NCBI GenBank assembly: GCA_964016885.1
Contig: OZ024747.1
Coordinates: forward strand, 19,716,001 to 19,780,000
Length of the DNA stretch: 64,000 nucleotides
From: Eledone cirrhosa
Taxonomy: Eukaryota
Direction: 5' to 3'
The notes under the pieces are model-generated. The model did not search any database. It was not told where the DNA came from and saw only the letters and a program-made list of their open reading frames with translations. Shown in pieces: positions 44,560 to 58,335 of this stretch; position 1 is the first letter of the stretch, and every line of letters begins with the position of its first letter. The position numbers were made by a program, and so were the translations under genes.

Positions 44560-44576
44560 ATATATATGTGTGTATG

Positions 44577-44631
<55 letters not shown>

Positions 44632-44728
44632 ATATATGTATATATAAGTTAATCCGGGTTTAATCGGAGGTAAACACAGTAAGTAAGGTACTCAATATAT
44701 AGCAGAGTATAAATGTTTAATATAGAAA

Positions 44729-44779
44729 AGCTTCTACAGGACTAGAACTGTTTCATTCATGCGAAATCATCAGGAAGCT
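44729..44779 (-). ncRNA. Hammerhead ribozyme, same family as 6793 and 24872
   Basis: AGCUUC-CUGAUGA-UUUC GCAU GAAU-GAAACAG..CUGUA-GAAGCU; stem I covaries with the 6793 copy. Confidence 0.8.
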
Positions 44780-44789
44780 CCTGATGATT

Positions 44790-44888
<99 letters not shown>

Positions 44889-44944
44889 TATTTTGCTAAT
44901 ATTATTATTTTTAAGTTTTATTATTTTCAATTTATTCAATTTAT

Positions 44945-45135
44945 AGGGCGTGGATTGGCTGTATCAGTAGAGAGTCGGACGCCATGCTTTCCAGCATAGT
45001 TACGTCCCTTTACGGTCTGAGTTCAAATGGCGCCGAGGTTAACTTTGCCTTTCATCCTTACGGGGTCGATAAAATAAAGTACCAGTAATGTACTGCATAA
45101 TTGCTGGCCTTGTGCCAAAAGTAGAAACAATTATT
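44945..45135 (+). mobile_element. SINE family 1 copy
   Basis: Homologous to 4071-4263. Confidence 0.85.
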
Positions 45136-45776
45136 TTCAATTTATTCAGCAATTTTCTAATAGCTGTTAGTTTGCCACACCATTCACTTGGAGGGGAACA
45201 TAAATATCTAGGCCTCTTAGCTCACTAGTTAAAAGATAACAAATTAAAATGATGATTGAATAAGTCAAAGCATTGACAATTTATATAATCACAACCAATT
45301 CTGTATTTGTTCTTTTTATTTTAATTTGCTTCATATTTTGTTCGCTTTATCACTTCACTTTTACCAGTAAAAATGTTACAAACGATTTTAATGTGATGAG
45401 AACAAAAAATCGAAAAAATGATTTATGACTTCCTAAATTCATTCTGTTATAGATCGATGTAAAAGTGATTATTTTTCAACTTGCTTTGATTTTTAGACGA
45501 TTTAATATTTTACGCAATACGCGCAAAACTAAAGTAAAAATTAACAATATATCGTAATATATGCAATTGTGATACTAGTGCGTTGGTTTTCATTATTCAA
45601 GAGAAGTCACTAACAATTTAAGGCAATCTTTAAAAATAGGACACCTGCGACTAGGCTATGCATCCTACTTCTCATGAATTACTTCTATGTCATCTACTAC
45701 AACGCTCCAAAATATACGAACGCGCACATATTGCTATACATATGACATACCTATCTCTCACCCTCTCCCTCTCTCT

Positions 45777-45862
<86 letters not shown>

Positions 45863-45963
45863 CTATACACACACACACTAACTAACAATTATAGAACTAA
45901 AGTAAATCTAAGAGTTTGTGTGTGAGTTTTAATTGCTAAATTGACTCTTACATGACGAAATAA

Positions 45964-46002
<39 letters not shown>

Positions 46003-46072
46003 AAAGGTAAACAGAATTAACAACACAATCGGTAGGAAGAGGGTCTTTACGCTTGAAATACCAGGAAGAGGG

Positions 46073-46108
46073 TCTTTACGTTTCGGACGGTCGTCCTTCA
46101 TCAGAAGA
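46073..46108 (-). ncRNA. Minimal type I hammerhead ribozyme
   Basis: UCUU-CUGAUGA-A GGAC GACC GUCC-GAAAC GUA-AAGA; stem III reduced to the self-complementary ACGU. Confidence 0.85.
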
Positions 46109-46144
46109 AAGAATGAGAGAAATAAGATAGATTGAAGACACACG

Positions 46145-46192
<48 letters not shown>

Positions 46193-46194
46193 TA

Positions 46195-46254
<60 letters not shown>

Positions 46255-47763
46255 TATGCATATATATATATAGATATATATATCAAGGAAACAACAAATA
46301 TATATATATATACATATGGTGTCATAATTGTACATATACTTTTATATGTATGTATATTCGTACAGGTGAAGACACACTCACATGTATACGTGTTTGCTTG
46401 TAATCATACGTGTGTGAGTGTGTTTGTATATGGGTGCCTGAAAGAGAGAGAGAGAGGAAGAGTAAGAGCGAGAAAGAGAGGAGGGAGAAAGGGAAAGAGT
46501 GAGAGAGAGGAGGACAGAGGGAAAGAAAGAGAGAGTGAGAGGGAGAAAGTGTGTGTAACTGAGTGTGTGTGTGTTTGTTAACGTTTATATATACGTAGTT
46601 GTGTTTCATTTGAAACAATAGTTAATTCACGTGAATGGGTCTTCTTCAGTAAAACGCCTTTGGATTCTAGAACTTTCCTACATCCCATGAATAATTTATA
46701 GGAATGGCCGCCTCTAGTTGATAAGAGACGGAGTGTGAAGATTTCATGTTTCCTCAAGTTCATTTTTTTTTATTAATCCTTTTTCATGGAAACGTACTAC
46801 CCAACAAACAGACATATATACTTACACACACACACAGACACACACACAAACACACATATATATATATTATATATGTACGTATGTGTCTGTACATGTTTGC
46901 ATATATACCAATATGCTTTAATGCAACCGTAGGGCATTGCGCAGAAATAAAACAACCTATGTCTTGTCCCAAATGGCTGTTATTTAGGGATTCAATCAAT
47001 TCATATTATTTATTTTTACGTATGTGTTCTATTATCTAAATTGTATTTTCTTGAAATTCGTCTGCTTTAACGATGAATTGTTATTCTGCTACTTATCTTC
47101 GTAAACATAATATAATGTACGCATCATAAAAAGTAAAATCTTCAATACAATGCTTTTCGAATTAATAGGTTCTTTAGGCCTGTCAATTTAACGTCTGATT
47201 AGATATCACTGAAAACAGTTTCTAGATGTGCCGAGTTTCAGTATCTAGGTTACCTCTCAAATTCTGATAAGCCAGATATTATATGAAATAATTTCCTGCC
47301 GATGATATCTAGTCTTTTTGCAGTTATCCTATATTTACAACGGTGTTATCGAATGTTTTGGAAAGCAATATGTTCTGTTTTCGTGATGATAATTCTTCTA
47401 GGCAATGCAACCCCTAGAGGTATTTTCAATTCGCTTTCGAATTTGTTTGCCTTCTAGGTTTATTTATCATTTGGTCCAAAAGCAAACTATATTTAACAAA
47501 TGTATGTTCAAAGCTTTTCAATCCTTGTCCAAACCATGGTTTCGTTATCTAGAACAATATCTAGAGATTACACAAAAATCGTCAAATATGCGCGGTGTTT
47601 TAGAATAATAAATATTTCTACTTTAAAAAATATTTACAGTAATAACATTTGTATTCATAAATCAGTCTATTTTACACGACATGCATATATTTGACTACTT
47701 AGTTAGTCAAATATACACATGTCATGTAAAATAGGCCAATTTTATCAGGTATTCTCTATATAA

Positions 47764-50074
47764 TCTATATATATAAAGGGAAGATGGCCGTTGTTTGGTG
47801 TTCCGAACTTGTATGCTACACCGTTCATCCAATTTTCATGAAACCTCACACATATATAAAACTCAACGCGTAGAGTGGAATAGGCTACTTGAAATTTTCT
47901 AAAAATCGATAATCGGGCCCTATGACAGAATGTTTTTCGATTCCAATGAAATTTTATGTGAATTCGAACACAAGAACTCTTAGTTTACATCTGGCGCAAT
48001 AAAAATAAATTTCATATGCCCATATAAGGACGTGCGTTATTGATTGGACGGCCAGCTGCATGTCTTCCCAGCTGTCTCAGTAAACGACCGACCATTAAAG
48101 AGTTTATCTTTTCATATTCCACCTTATTCAAGTGGAAATACAGTATTATCCCTATCTGAAAAGGGAACCAAATTTAATGGTGTCTTTTGTGATGCTAAAA
48201 GCTGTGAGTAAATTTTCAAACAGTCTTAAATAATCATGCTTTTTGAAAAAAAAAATTACTAAATAATACGTTGACCAAGTTGTATTGTACACATACAAAG
48301 TTGTAAAAAATTACTTAATTTATAATACAGTCTTTTGCACAGGAAGTGAGTAACTTTCCGGGTGTTTAAACGTAAGTTCACCAGGGTTTGTGTCTTCATT
48401 ATTAGCCCACCTCTAATGGCATTTTTTGTTCTGCTTACGACTAAATGTTATGAGCGTATTTGCAATTAATTGCGCACACGTGCACACCTGCATGCAGATA
48501 GACACTGACAGCCAATAAAACATTGATAACTTGCGAGAAAGATCCTAGGGTTTTGGACACGTTTGTTTCAGGCGCTGTATAGACGCCTATTTTGTCACAC
48601 CTTGGTCATGAATTCGTATTCTTTTCCAATAGATATTTTCCGCTCTATAAGGCTCACCAGGATATAAGGCGTATCATTTAAAATCAGGTCCGCGCAACGG
48701 CGTGTAAGGCCAACCAGGAAAATGCTATCTTCTTTACTTTTAGTCTAGATCTATTACTTCTGTTAGAGCGGTGATTGATTACCATTGTATTATTTATACA
48801 TAAGGCTCACCGGAGTATAAAGCGCAGAGCTGTATTTTGATTAAATTTAATTATTTTAAGTGCAATTTATAGACCGGAAAATTCGGTAAGTTATTGTAAT
48901 CATATTTCCAAACCTTCCCATTCACCAGTAACCATGCTAACGAATCTGGTGTCATCTCTCTCTGTATTTAATCACCTCTCTCTAACCTAACAGCTTCGTT
49001 ACACGTCGTTATGCCCACAAGGAATCGTTCAAGACTTACCCCCCAAAAAGGTACAGCTACTGCTTTGAGACAACGAATTAGGCGTTCTCAGGTATGAGTT
49101 CATTCACAATTGATTAATCCTTTATGCAATATTCTCCCTTAATGTTAGCAAGTACTGCGTTTATCCTAACTGTCACCACTTTTAAGCAACTACAACATTC
49201 TAATCGTAGTTATATTAAATTTATTGTCTTACCTTGATTCCCTTTTGTTCATGTTAGACTTTTCTCATTTACTATTGACACTGCCATTGGCTTAGCTAAC
49301 CAGTAGAATTAATTAATTTTCTCTAAGAAACACCTGCTGAGCGCGAATCTCGACTCGCTGATAGACGTCTTTCCCGGCTGGTTGAGTCACCAACATCACG
49401 TACGACAAGGCTTGCTGATGTTCGCCTTCGTCGCCAGCAAGCGCTGACGGAGGAATCACCAACATCCCGTCAAACGAGGCTTGAGGCTGTGGCAAAGGGC
49501 AATAACCCTAGATACAATTTTGATCAACTTTTTTTCACCTATAGCAAATTTACCGGGACAGGTTTTTAGCTACTCAAATCTACTTCAGAGATCACGCATT
49601 GATGTAAAAAATCAATAAAACTGAAGCGGGGCTCGACTTTGCGCAAAAAAACAAGGCAAAGTTACACATGGGAAAACTTTTTACAGGAACGTCCTATATT
49701 TTTGAAAACTGTCACAAAAGACTCGCCATTATGCCGCGGTTAAGATAAAGGCCCTTTTAATTCTTCTTCTGCACATGTGAGCGCAAAAATTGTAAAAAAA
49801 TACAAACTTGAAAGTAATCGTCATTTTCACCCTGCTTTAAATTAACTGAACATTCAATATCAAGCGATTTTGACTTCCGTCAGTCGTGCAGAGAACAATT
49901 TCAACGATACACTGTGTAACTACAATTAATAAATTACACACCTGTGTCTACTAACCTATTTTTTTTCATTGAAGTTCGAAGTTTTGAACCTGTGATGCGC
50001 GGTAAGTAACTTTCACACATTCTAACAGACCAAAGGTCGACTTACACCCGGGAAACGCCGGGTACTTCTGCTAG
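47764..50074 (+). mobile_element. Non-autonomous Helitron
   Basis: 5' A|TCTATATATATAAA; 3' hairpin ACCCGG-GAAACG-CCGGGT followed 7 nt later by CTAG|T; no TSD; no Rep/Hel ORF. Confidence 0.7.
48630..48888. mobile_element. pogo/Tigger-like MITE nested in the Helitron
   Basis: Imperfect TIRs ATATTTTCCGCTCTATAAG / TTATAGACCGGAAAATTCGGTA and internal TAAGGCTCACC direct repeats. Confidence 0.55.
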
Positions 50075-51021
50075 TGCATAATATATATGACGCTACAAAA
50101 CCTATTTCACTGAACAGGAGGCGTAATAGCAGCCCTTTATGTGTCTCCCTTCATGGAGAAAAAGTTAAAACTGTTTACATTTCACACTTCTTTCGTCTCT
50201 ACGTCCAACAATAGTAGTTGTGTGTGTGTGTGTGTGCGAGAGAGTGAGAGAGGGGGAGAGAGAGAGTGAGTGAGAGAGAGAGAGAAAGAGAGAGAGAGAT
50301 AAGTTGGGACAAAGCAGAGAGCAACATTTCGTTACTGTTTCGTCAGAAGTGTGGATGTGGACAAGTCTGTATGATGAGGGTGTGTGTGTGCAATAAGGGA
50401 AGCAGAACTTAAGAGCCTATCAGTGGGGATGTAGTTTGTTTGAGGTAGAAATATACCCTGCGAGGTTAACTGTGTGTCTCAGTTGTATTACGTATATATA
50501 TATATAAGTAAATTAGTATATTTCTACATATCTGGTTGTCGGCGAGTGTTGATCTGATATGTATTATATAAGAACATATTTACGTTGGAGTTTATGTTTT
50601 ACTTGCATGTCTGCAATCTGTGTAAGTGGAGGTGTCACTCTGTATTAAGATATTCGTATGTTTCTATGAGAGCACCATATAGGACATATACTCCCTTCCA
50701 ACATATATTGTTGGAAGGGAGTATAATACAAGAAATTAATATGTAAGAATATTGGAGCTGTGAAAAAATTCTAGAGAATGTCCTAGGGGTAGTAATATTC
50801 GTATGTCTAGCTCGATTGCTAGGATGAACATTTAATTGGTAATGGAAGCATTAGGTCAACCTTTATTAAACTGAGTAAGGAGTGCCCATATGTTATCTAA
50901 GAGAAGGAAAATAGTAAAAGTGATTTTTTACAACTTGTATTAGCAAATATATATATATAATATCTAATAAAATATGTTTAAAATTTAACCGATACTATTG
51001 TCCCCGTGTTGTGTTATTAAG

Positions 51022-51198
51022 AATAATTGTTTCTACTTTTGGCACAAAGCTAGCAATTATCCCAGTGTATTACTGGTACTTTATTTTATCGACCCCGTAA
51101 GGATGAAAGGCGGGATTTGAACTCAGACCGTAAAGAGGCATAACTATGCCGAAAAGCATGGCGTCCGACCTTCTACCGATACTGCCAATCCACCGCCC
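51022..51198 (-). mobile_element. SINE family 1 copy with probable target-site duplication
   Basis: Reverse complement of the consensus; TGTG(T/A)TATTAAGAATAAT on both sides. Confidence 0.85.
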
Positions 51199-52108
51199 TG
51201 TGATATTAAGAATAATGTGTAACAGGTTTTCTTGAAAGTTTCTAACAATTTAAGCAATTTAAGAATTCGGAAAGGAATTGTGAGAGGAATTTACTTGATT
51301 TTATTATTTTTAGTTTAAGCTCGTAACACACACTGAATTCTAACTACTGTTATTATCCAACTCAACTCATAATTATCATTCTAATAAGACCGCATAAAAA
51401 CACACGGAATATTTAAACAGAGACAAACCGATATAAAGTTAGAAGAGCGCTAATAACAAATAATTACAATATATGCAAACACGCACAGACTCATCCATAT
51501 TTACATTTTTACAACGTTACACACTATTCCAAATATACGCAAGCATATGCACAAATGAAATGGAGATTGATAAAGAAGGAAAAGCGTAAAACGATAATTA
51601 AGTAAAATATATACTGCCAATATCACCACGGAAATCGGTTAAGATTTCCCAGGCAAATCAACTACTGATCAAATTATACCATATGGGATTTGGGAATTTA
51701 CTTTTTTTGTTTTTTTTTTACGTTTTGTTATTGTTTTCTTTCATTGATTTTATTTTATGTAATGTCTGCAATCGTATGATGGTGGTATTGTGTAGGGAGA
51801 ACATTATATTTCTACAATCAGTCACAAACATTAATTTGCCCAAGCTTAAATTGAAATCAACGATTCTACCTGACTTCAAAGTGACGTATGTCGGAAGTAA
51901 TATTTTTCAGACTCTTTTTATAAATCCCTTTGGACAAACCGAACTGTGATTAAATGCTTTCCAGCAGCCCAATACTTGCAACTTCGTGGTTTATCACAAT
52001 TCCTCCTGTAAATTTGTAAAATAGTATAAAATTCAGACACAATATATGTACCCACACACACACACACAAACACACACACAAACACACACACAAACACACA
52101 AACACACA

Positions 52109-52167
<59 letters not shown>

Positions 52168-52967
52168 ATATATATGTATATACACACTCATACACATATT
52201 TATATATACTTTTATAAATATATATGTATATATATGCGTGTATGTATGTCTGCGTTTGTGTATATGTGAGTGTGAAATATTTGGAAATGACCTCTAGAAA
52301 GTTGTATGCTTACTATGTAAACACTTAGAGTTAAAAACATATCCATAAAACATGTTTCAGTACGCATAGAGTGTTGTATGGCAGTGGTGAAGCAAGGTAA
52401 TAAGCACAATTGCATTGTGAACTAGATCGATCAAAATAATCTGCCTCTTACCAAGACTAAGAGCTTGATTGACAGAACATAATGCATGCTGGATTTTCTG
52501 GTTTGAGATATCCAGTTGAAATCAACATGCACATACAGTTACATATTCCAAGCTCATTCACTAGATATCAAACTGCCTTTAAGTTGTCTCCAGCATTGAA
52601 TTGTTTCTCTTTATAAGTATACAGTGTATAGTTGAATGATACAGCACAATTACATGTCATGCTCTATCATTTAAACTGACTTCGAATGCTTAGAAATAAT
52701 GATTTGTATCTAAAGTAGTGTGGTCGCATACTGATTGCGCTTTAGCAAAAGAAAGAACTTACTGGCAGGCAGGCTATTCATTCTTACCCGGTTTCTTTAC
52801 TGCATTGCTATACACACAAAATAAAACAAGGGCGAATGGTTACACCTTCATTACGCTTATTGGTTGATGACGCGCGTTTCGCGATTGATAAGCTCATAGT
52901 TCGATCTTCATCGATCTAGTCCGACTCTGAAATCAATGGCTCGTCATCACCATCACTATCACTCCCT

Positions 52968-53041
<74 letters not shown>

Positions 53042-55021
53042 TGTATTCCTTTCCACATGGTCTCATAGAAAAATTAGAAAAATATACAATCATATACGCT
53101 CAAACTTACTCTAAGTTATTCTTTCGGCACCTCTCCCTCACGAAACACACGTCATGGTATTTTAAATATTTGAAGAGTAGCTATAAAATCTCATACATTA
53201 TATGTTCTAAGTTATTTCTTGTTTCTTTTTTCTTTTATTCAACATTCATTGACTGTGCAGACATCACATGATCGCGTTAAACATGACAACTTGTAACAAT
53301 GACAGAGTTGTTCAAGCGACGAGCATGATGGTAATAATGGTACTACTAATGACGATGTAGATGATGATGAGGAAGGAGGATGCTGATAAAACTGCTGGAA
53401 ATATTTGGTGTGATGATGAAGGTATGTTTTGTGAGGCAGATGATGATGTGTAGAAAGAGGAAAATGAGCTTTAACAATAATTATTAGGAGGATGTTGAAG
53501 ACTATTATAATGATAACAATGATGATGTTGATGATGATGTGGATGGTGATGATGATGATGTCGAATATAATGATAATGATGATGGCCGCAATGATGAGAA
53601 TAATTATTATGTTGATTTTAATTAGGATTAGGGAAGTGTGACAACGTTAATTAAGGTGACGTTGGTCGTGATTCGAGCCGTGTAATCGTATTCAAGCAGA
53701 TATATGATCAAAGGAATTCTAGCCGTCAACCAACTATTCAGAAATTCAGTATCTTAAATACCGGTCTTTTTGTAAGACGATCGTCTGTGTGGTCTTAGCG
53801 AAATTTGACTACTATATTTGTGCGGGCTGACTAACCAAGTACATATCGTTAAATTTAAGTTAAAGAGTTTGGTTGTAGTTTTTAAAATGAAGTCCACTGC
53901 ATAAATGCTTTAATTGATACTGCAACCAAGCAAGAATATTTGAGTTGCATAATTGTATTTATTGCAATAAATACGATTATGTAACCACAACGACTGCCTT
54001 AACGATAATTCATACAGACACTTATCTATATAATCGTATTTAACAACAATCTATATATATATCTCCATCTCTCTCCCTCTCCCTATATATATATATACAT
54101 TTATTTATTAAAATAACAGATTAAAGTTTAAGCAAGGAATCGCTGCTTTCGCCCTTAACGGGATCTTCTGAAACTAAAAAAAATCAATCGGTGAACGCAG
54201 AAGTAAATATTTCGCAAAACGTTGCAACCGAAGGAAAACAGGAAGACGATACTTTGGTTGGTGAAGACGTTCTCTGGCAATGAACAGGAAAAAAACGAAG
54301 ATAATACGTCGTTATGTGGAGCTAATATAATAAATACACGCAGAGACAAAACCAAGGGTTGGTAAAATACAGTACCAATTGTATACTGAGATTGCAGGTC
54401 TTGTACTTAAATTGGAAACATCTATTTACAGATCATTACTATACAGCAATTTCTGTCTTAATTGCATATTTCATACAAAGGGGTTCATGAAATGTTGTGA
54501 TACTGTGTTAATATGCAGCCTATATTAACAAATAGTATTGTAACATATTTTGTCTTCTATTTTATATTAATTATATAAAGTTATAGCTACACAAATTCAC
54601 ACTATTCCAAACTGCAGATTGAGAGCTTTATAGTTTGAATCAATTATTGGTGTATTTGAACAGGAGAAACAACACCTGTGCGCAAATCATTACACATTGT
54701 TGTAAACATATCTCATGAGGAATGGATCATCGACATTATTCTCATTTGGCCTATGCATAATTAGTACAGGTTGCGTTAACATACAGTTGTGAATTTAAAT
54801 ACTCTAGAGTTATGAAATTAATAATCTGATACGTCCCTCCCAATGAGATTTCAAAATGTGAAGAATTTGTATATATTCAATCTCTACACAATACGAAGTA
54901 CCTTATGATGCAATACAGACGAGAAAAATTACTTTTATTCTATATGGTATGTTGCCGCAGCAAATGTGGTACAAATTATTATTTAATTTGATTAAAGTTA
55001 GTTTGCCTTTATTTTGTTACG

Positions 55022-55233
<212 letters not shown>

Positions 55234-55706
55234 CGTAGGGACAGAAATATGAAATAAGGTTTATCTTACAAACCAAAGAATTGAATCGAATGTCTGGAAG
55301 GAAGTTTAAAGTCGCGTTAAATCGAGTTCTCAATTACTTTAGCTATGGAAATCGGTAAGTACTTCTGTTTTATTTTGCAGATCTTGATTTCACTCAAAAG
55401 GTCAGTTTCGTTCCATAGTAGCAAAACATTTTCCCAATGTGATCGGACAGTTTGCGTTAGAGTTTATCAATGATGTAGTTAATTTCAAATCTCAATATGC
55501 TTGTCCATGTCTGACAATAGAAAACAACTTCCGTTATTCAAATATAACGTATTTGAATCGTCTATTTCTAAATATATATTCCGAAAGGATATGTGTAGAT
55601 AATAACAAAATACTTTGTGTCCAAAAGTGCATTCCGTTCTTAACTTGCTTTTCCTCGTTATATATTTTAAATATGCTTAATAGTGAAATCTTATAATACT
55701 TTTTGA

Positions 55707-56190
55707 TACGTCCCTTTACGGTCTGAGTTCAAATCCTGTCGAGGTTAACTTTGCCTTTCATCCTTACGGGGTCGATAAAATAAAGTACCAGTACATTACT
55801 GGGTGATTACTGGCCTTGTGCCAAAATTAGAAACAATTATTAATATTCCATATCCAATTATTTGAACGGCTGTTTCCTCTCATTATAGGGGCTAGAGTGG
55901 TATTATTTCTCTGACATATTCGCAAACGATCTATTTATATGATAGGGTGTCACTTTGTAAATGCTTGCTTCATTTCATGTTTCATTTACAAAGGTTTTCT
56001 CATTATATTATGGGCGGTGGATTGGCAGTATCGATAGAATGGTCAGACGCCATGTTTTCCAACACAGTTGAGTTCAAATCCCATCGAGGTTAACTTTGTT
56101 CTTTCATCCTTACGGGGTCGATAAAATAAAGTACCAGTAATGCACTGAGTAATTGCTGGCCTTGTGCCAAAAGTAGAAACAATATTATAT
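55707..56190 (+). mobile_element. Two SINE family 1 copies (55707-55842 partial; 56011-56190)
   Basis: Homologous to the consensus. Confidence 0.8.
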
Positions 56191-56236
56191 TATTGCTCTA
56201 ACTTACAACTAAAACGATAGAGAACAATATGATACT

Positions 56237-56299
<63 letters not shown>

Positions 56300-56470
56300 C
56301 GAAGGAAATGTGGTAAGGAACCAGGTGGACCATAACGCACCAAAGTACTCAATACTTGGGGTAGTAGAGTGGGTAATAGGAACCGGTAAGACCTCGACGG
56401 CTGAGCTCAAGCCGTTTCGAATTAGCCGTCGAAACGGCTTGAGCTCAGCCGTCGGGGTCTTACCGGTTCC

Positions 56471-56546
<76 letters not shown>

Positions 56547-56551
56547 TATAC

Positions 56552-56632
<81 letters not shown>

Positions 56633-56942
56633 TTCCAACCGTGACCATCTCCGCTGAAAGTTTTCATGAAATAGTCTTACGACTATACAGAGCATTTGAA
56701 GTTTTTCCAAATTGAAGGATAGGTATCTTGAACTTTATTTTATCATGAGTTAAAGCTCTATTGATTTTTCCCTGGATTTCACTAAATTCTGTGGATGAAT
56801 TTATATCCTGATTCTCTTTAAGATGAGTTTAAATTATTTTTCCCACATCTTACGTTAACTATTTTTCCCATTTTGACGCTATAGTCACTTATATACTATG
56901 GAATGCTGTTCGCTTTTCGCTGCAGTGTTTTCTATACCTTTC

Positions 56943-57006
<64 letters not shown>

Positions 57007-57012
<6 letters not shown>

Positions 57013-57376
57013 AAAAAGAGATGAAATCGAAAATGCAACTGGAGTCTTATTTAAAAAAAATATATATATATATTTATTTGGTTCCTTTACCGGTTTCGCA
57101 GTTCTTCTGCTTTTCAAAAGGTGAGTTGAGATGGAGGGTCTGTGTTTTTTCTCACATCTGGCTCACAGATGTGAGAAAAACCACAGACCCTCCATCTTAA
57201 CTCACCTTTTGAAAAGCAGAAGAACTGCGAAACCGGTAAAGGAACCAAATAAATATATATATTTAAAAAAAAAAAAATAAGACTCCTGTTGCATTTTCGA
57301 TTTCATCTCTTTTTCTTTATACTTTCACTCGTGTAGGACACCTCGGTTATTTTTCATTTTGTAAAACAAACCTCAC

Positions 57377-57385
<9 letters not shown>
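57007..57385. mobile_element. Palindromic remnant with U3-A8 hammerheads (57084-57121 -, 57205-57242 +)
   Basis: Arms ~57007-57160 and ~57166-57320; CCUU-UUGAAAA-GCAG AAGAA CUGC-GAAAC CG GUA-AAGG; flanked by (TA)n. Confidence 0.8.
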
Positions 57386-57425
<40 letters not shown>

Positions 57426-57836
57426 TCACTACCTCCCTTCGGACAACTGACTCTGCAAAGAAGAGCCGAATTCCACTGTCATCACCTCCAACTCTCTCGC
57501 CCTCCTCATTTCTCTGTATTCATTTGATGCAAGAGTGCTACATTATAATCATCATCTTCATCACCACCATTATATATAGATATACATACATATATGCATA
57601 TGTGTGTGTATACATCTGTATATATATATATCCACTCTAAAATCGACACCATTAATATAATGTCAGTAAACCATTAAATTTTGATATGTTAGTATCATAA
57701 ATATGTATCTTTACTTAAATAAAATCTCATAAACATATATAATACAAACAAGCACATACTGTACATATATCTACTTGTATGAGTAAACTAATCCCGCATA
57801 TATTCTCGTAATAATATATAAATATATAGAGGCATA

Positions 57837-57931
<95 letters not shown>

Positions 57932-57938
57932 TATATAC

Positions 57939-58003
<65 letters not shown>

Positions 58004-58089
58004 TGTACATATATGTATATATATGTATATATATTCTGTGAATTAGCCGTCGAAACGGCTTGAGCTCAGCCGTCGGGGTCTTACTTGTT

Positions 58090-58156
<67 letters not shown>

Positions 58157-58161
58157 GTATA

Positions 58162-58218
<57 letters not shown>

Positions 58219-58290
58219 ATACATATATGCGTCTCCGGTTACATGTAAGTGCATTAGTATGATTATAAGCAAAAATATGTCTACATTTGC

Positions 58291-58335
<45 letters not shown>

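Noticed and set aside
55355-55380. 26-nt GTAAGT..TTGCAG 'intron'
   Set aside because: Too short for a typical metazoan spliceosomal intron; at most one of the two sites is likely to be used
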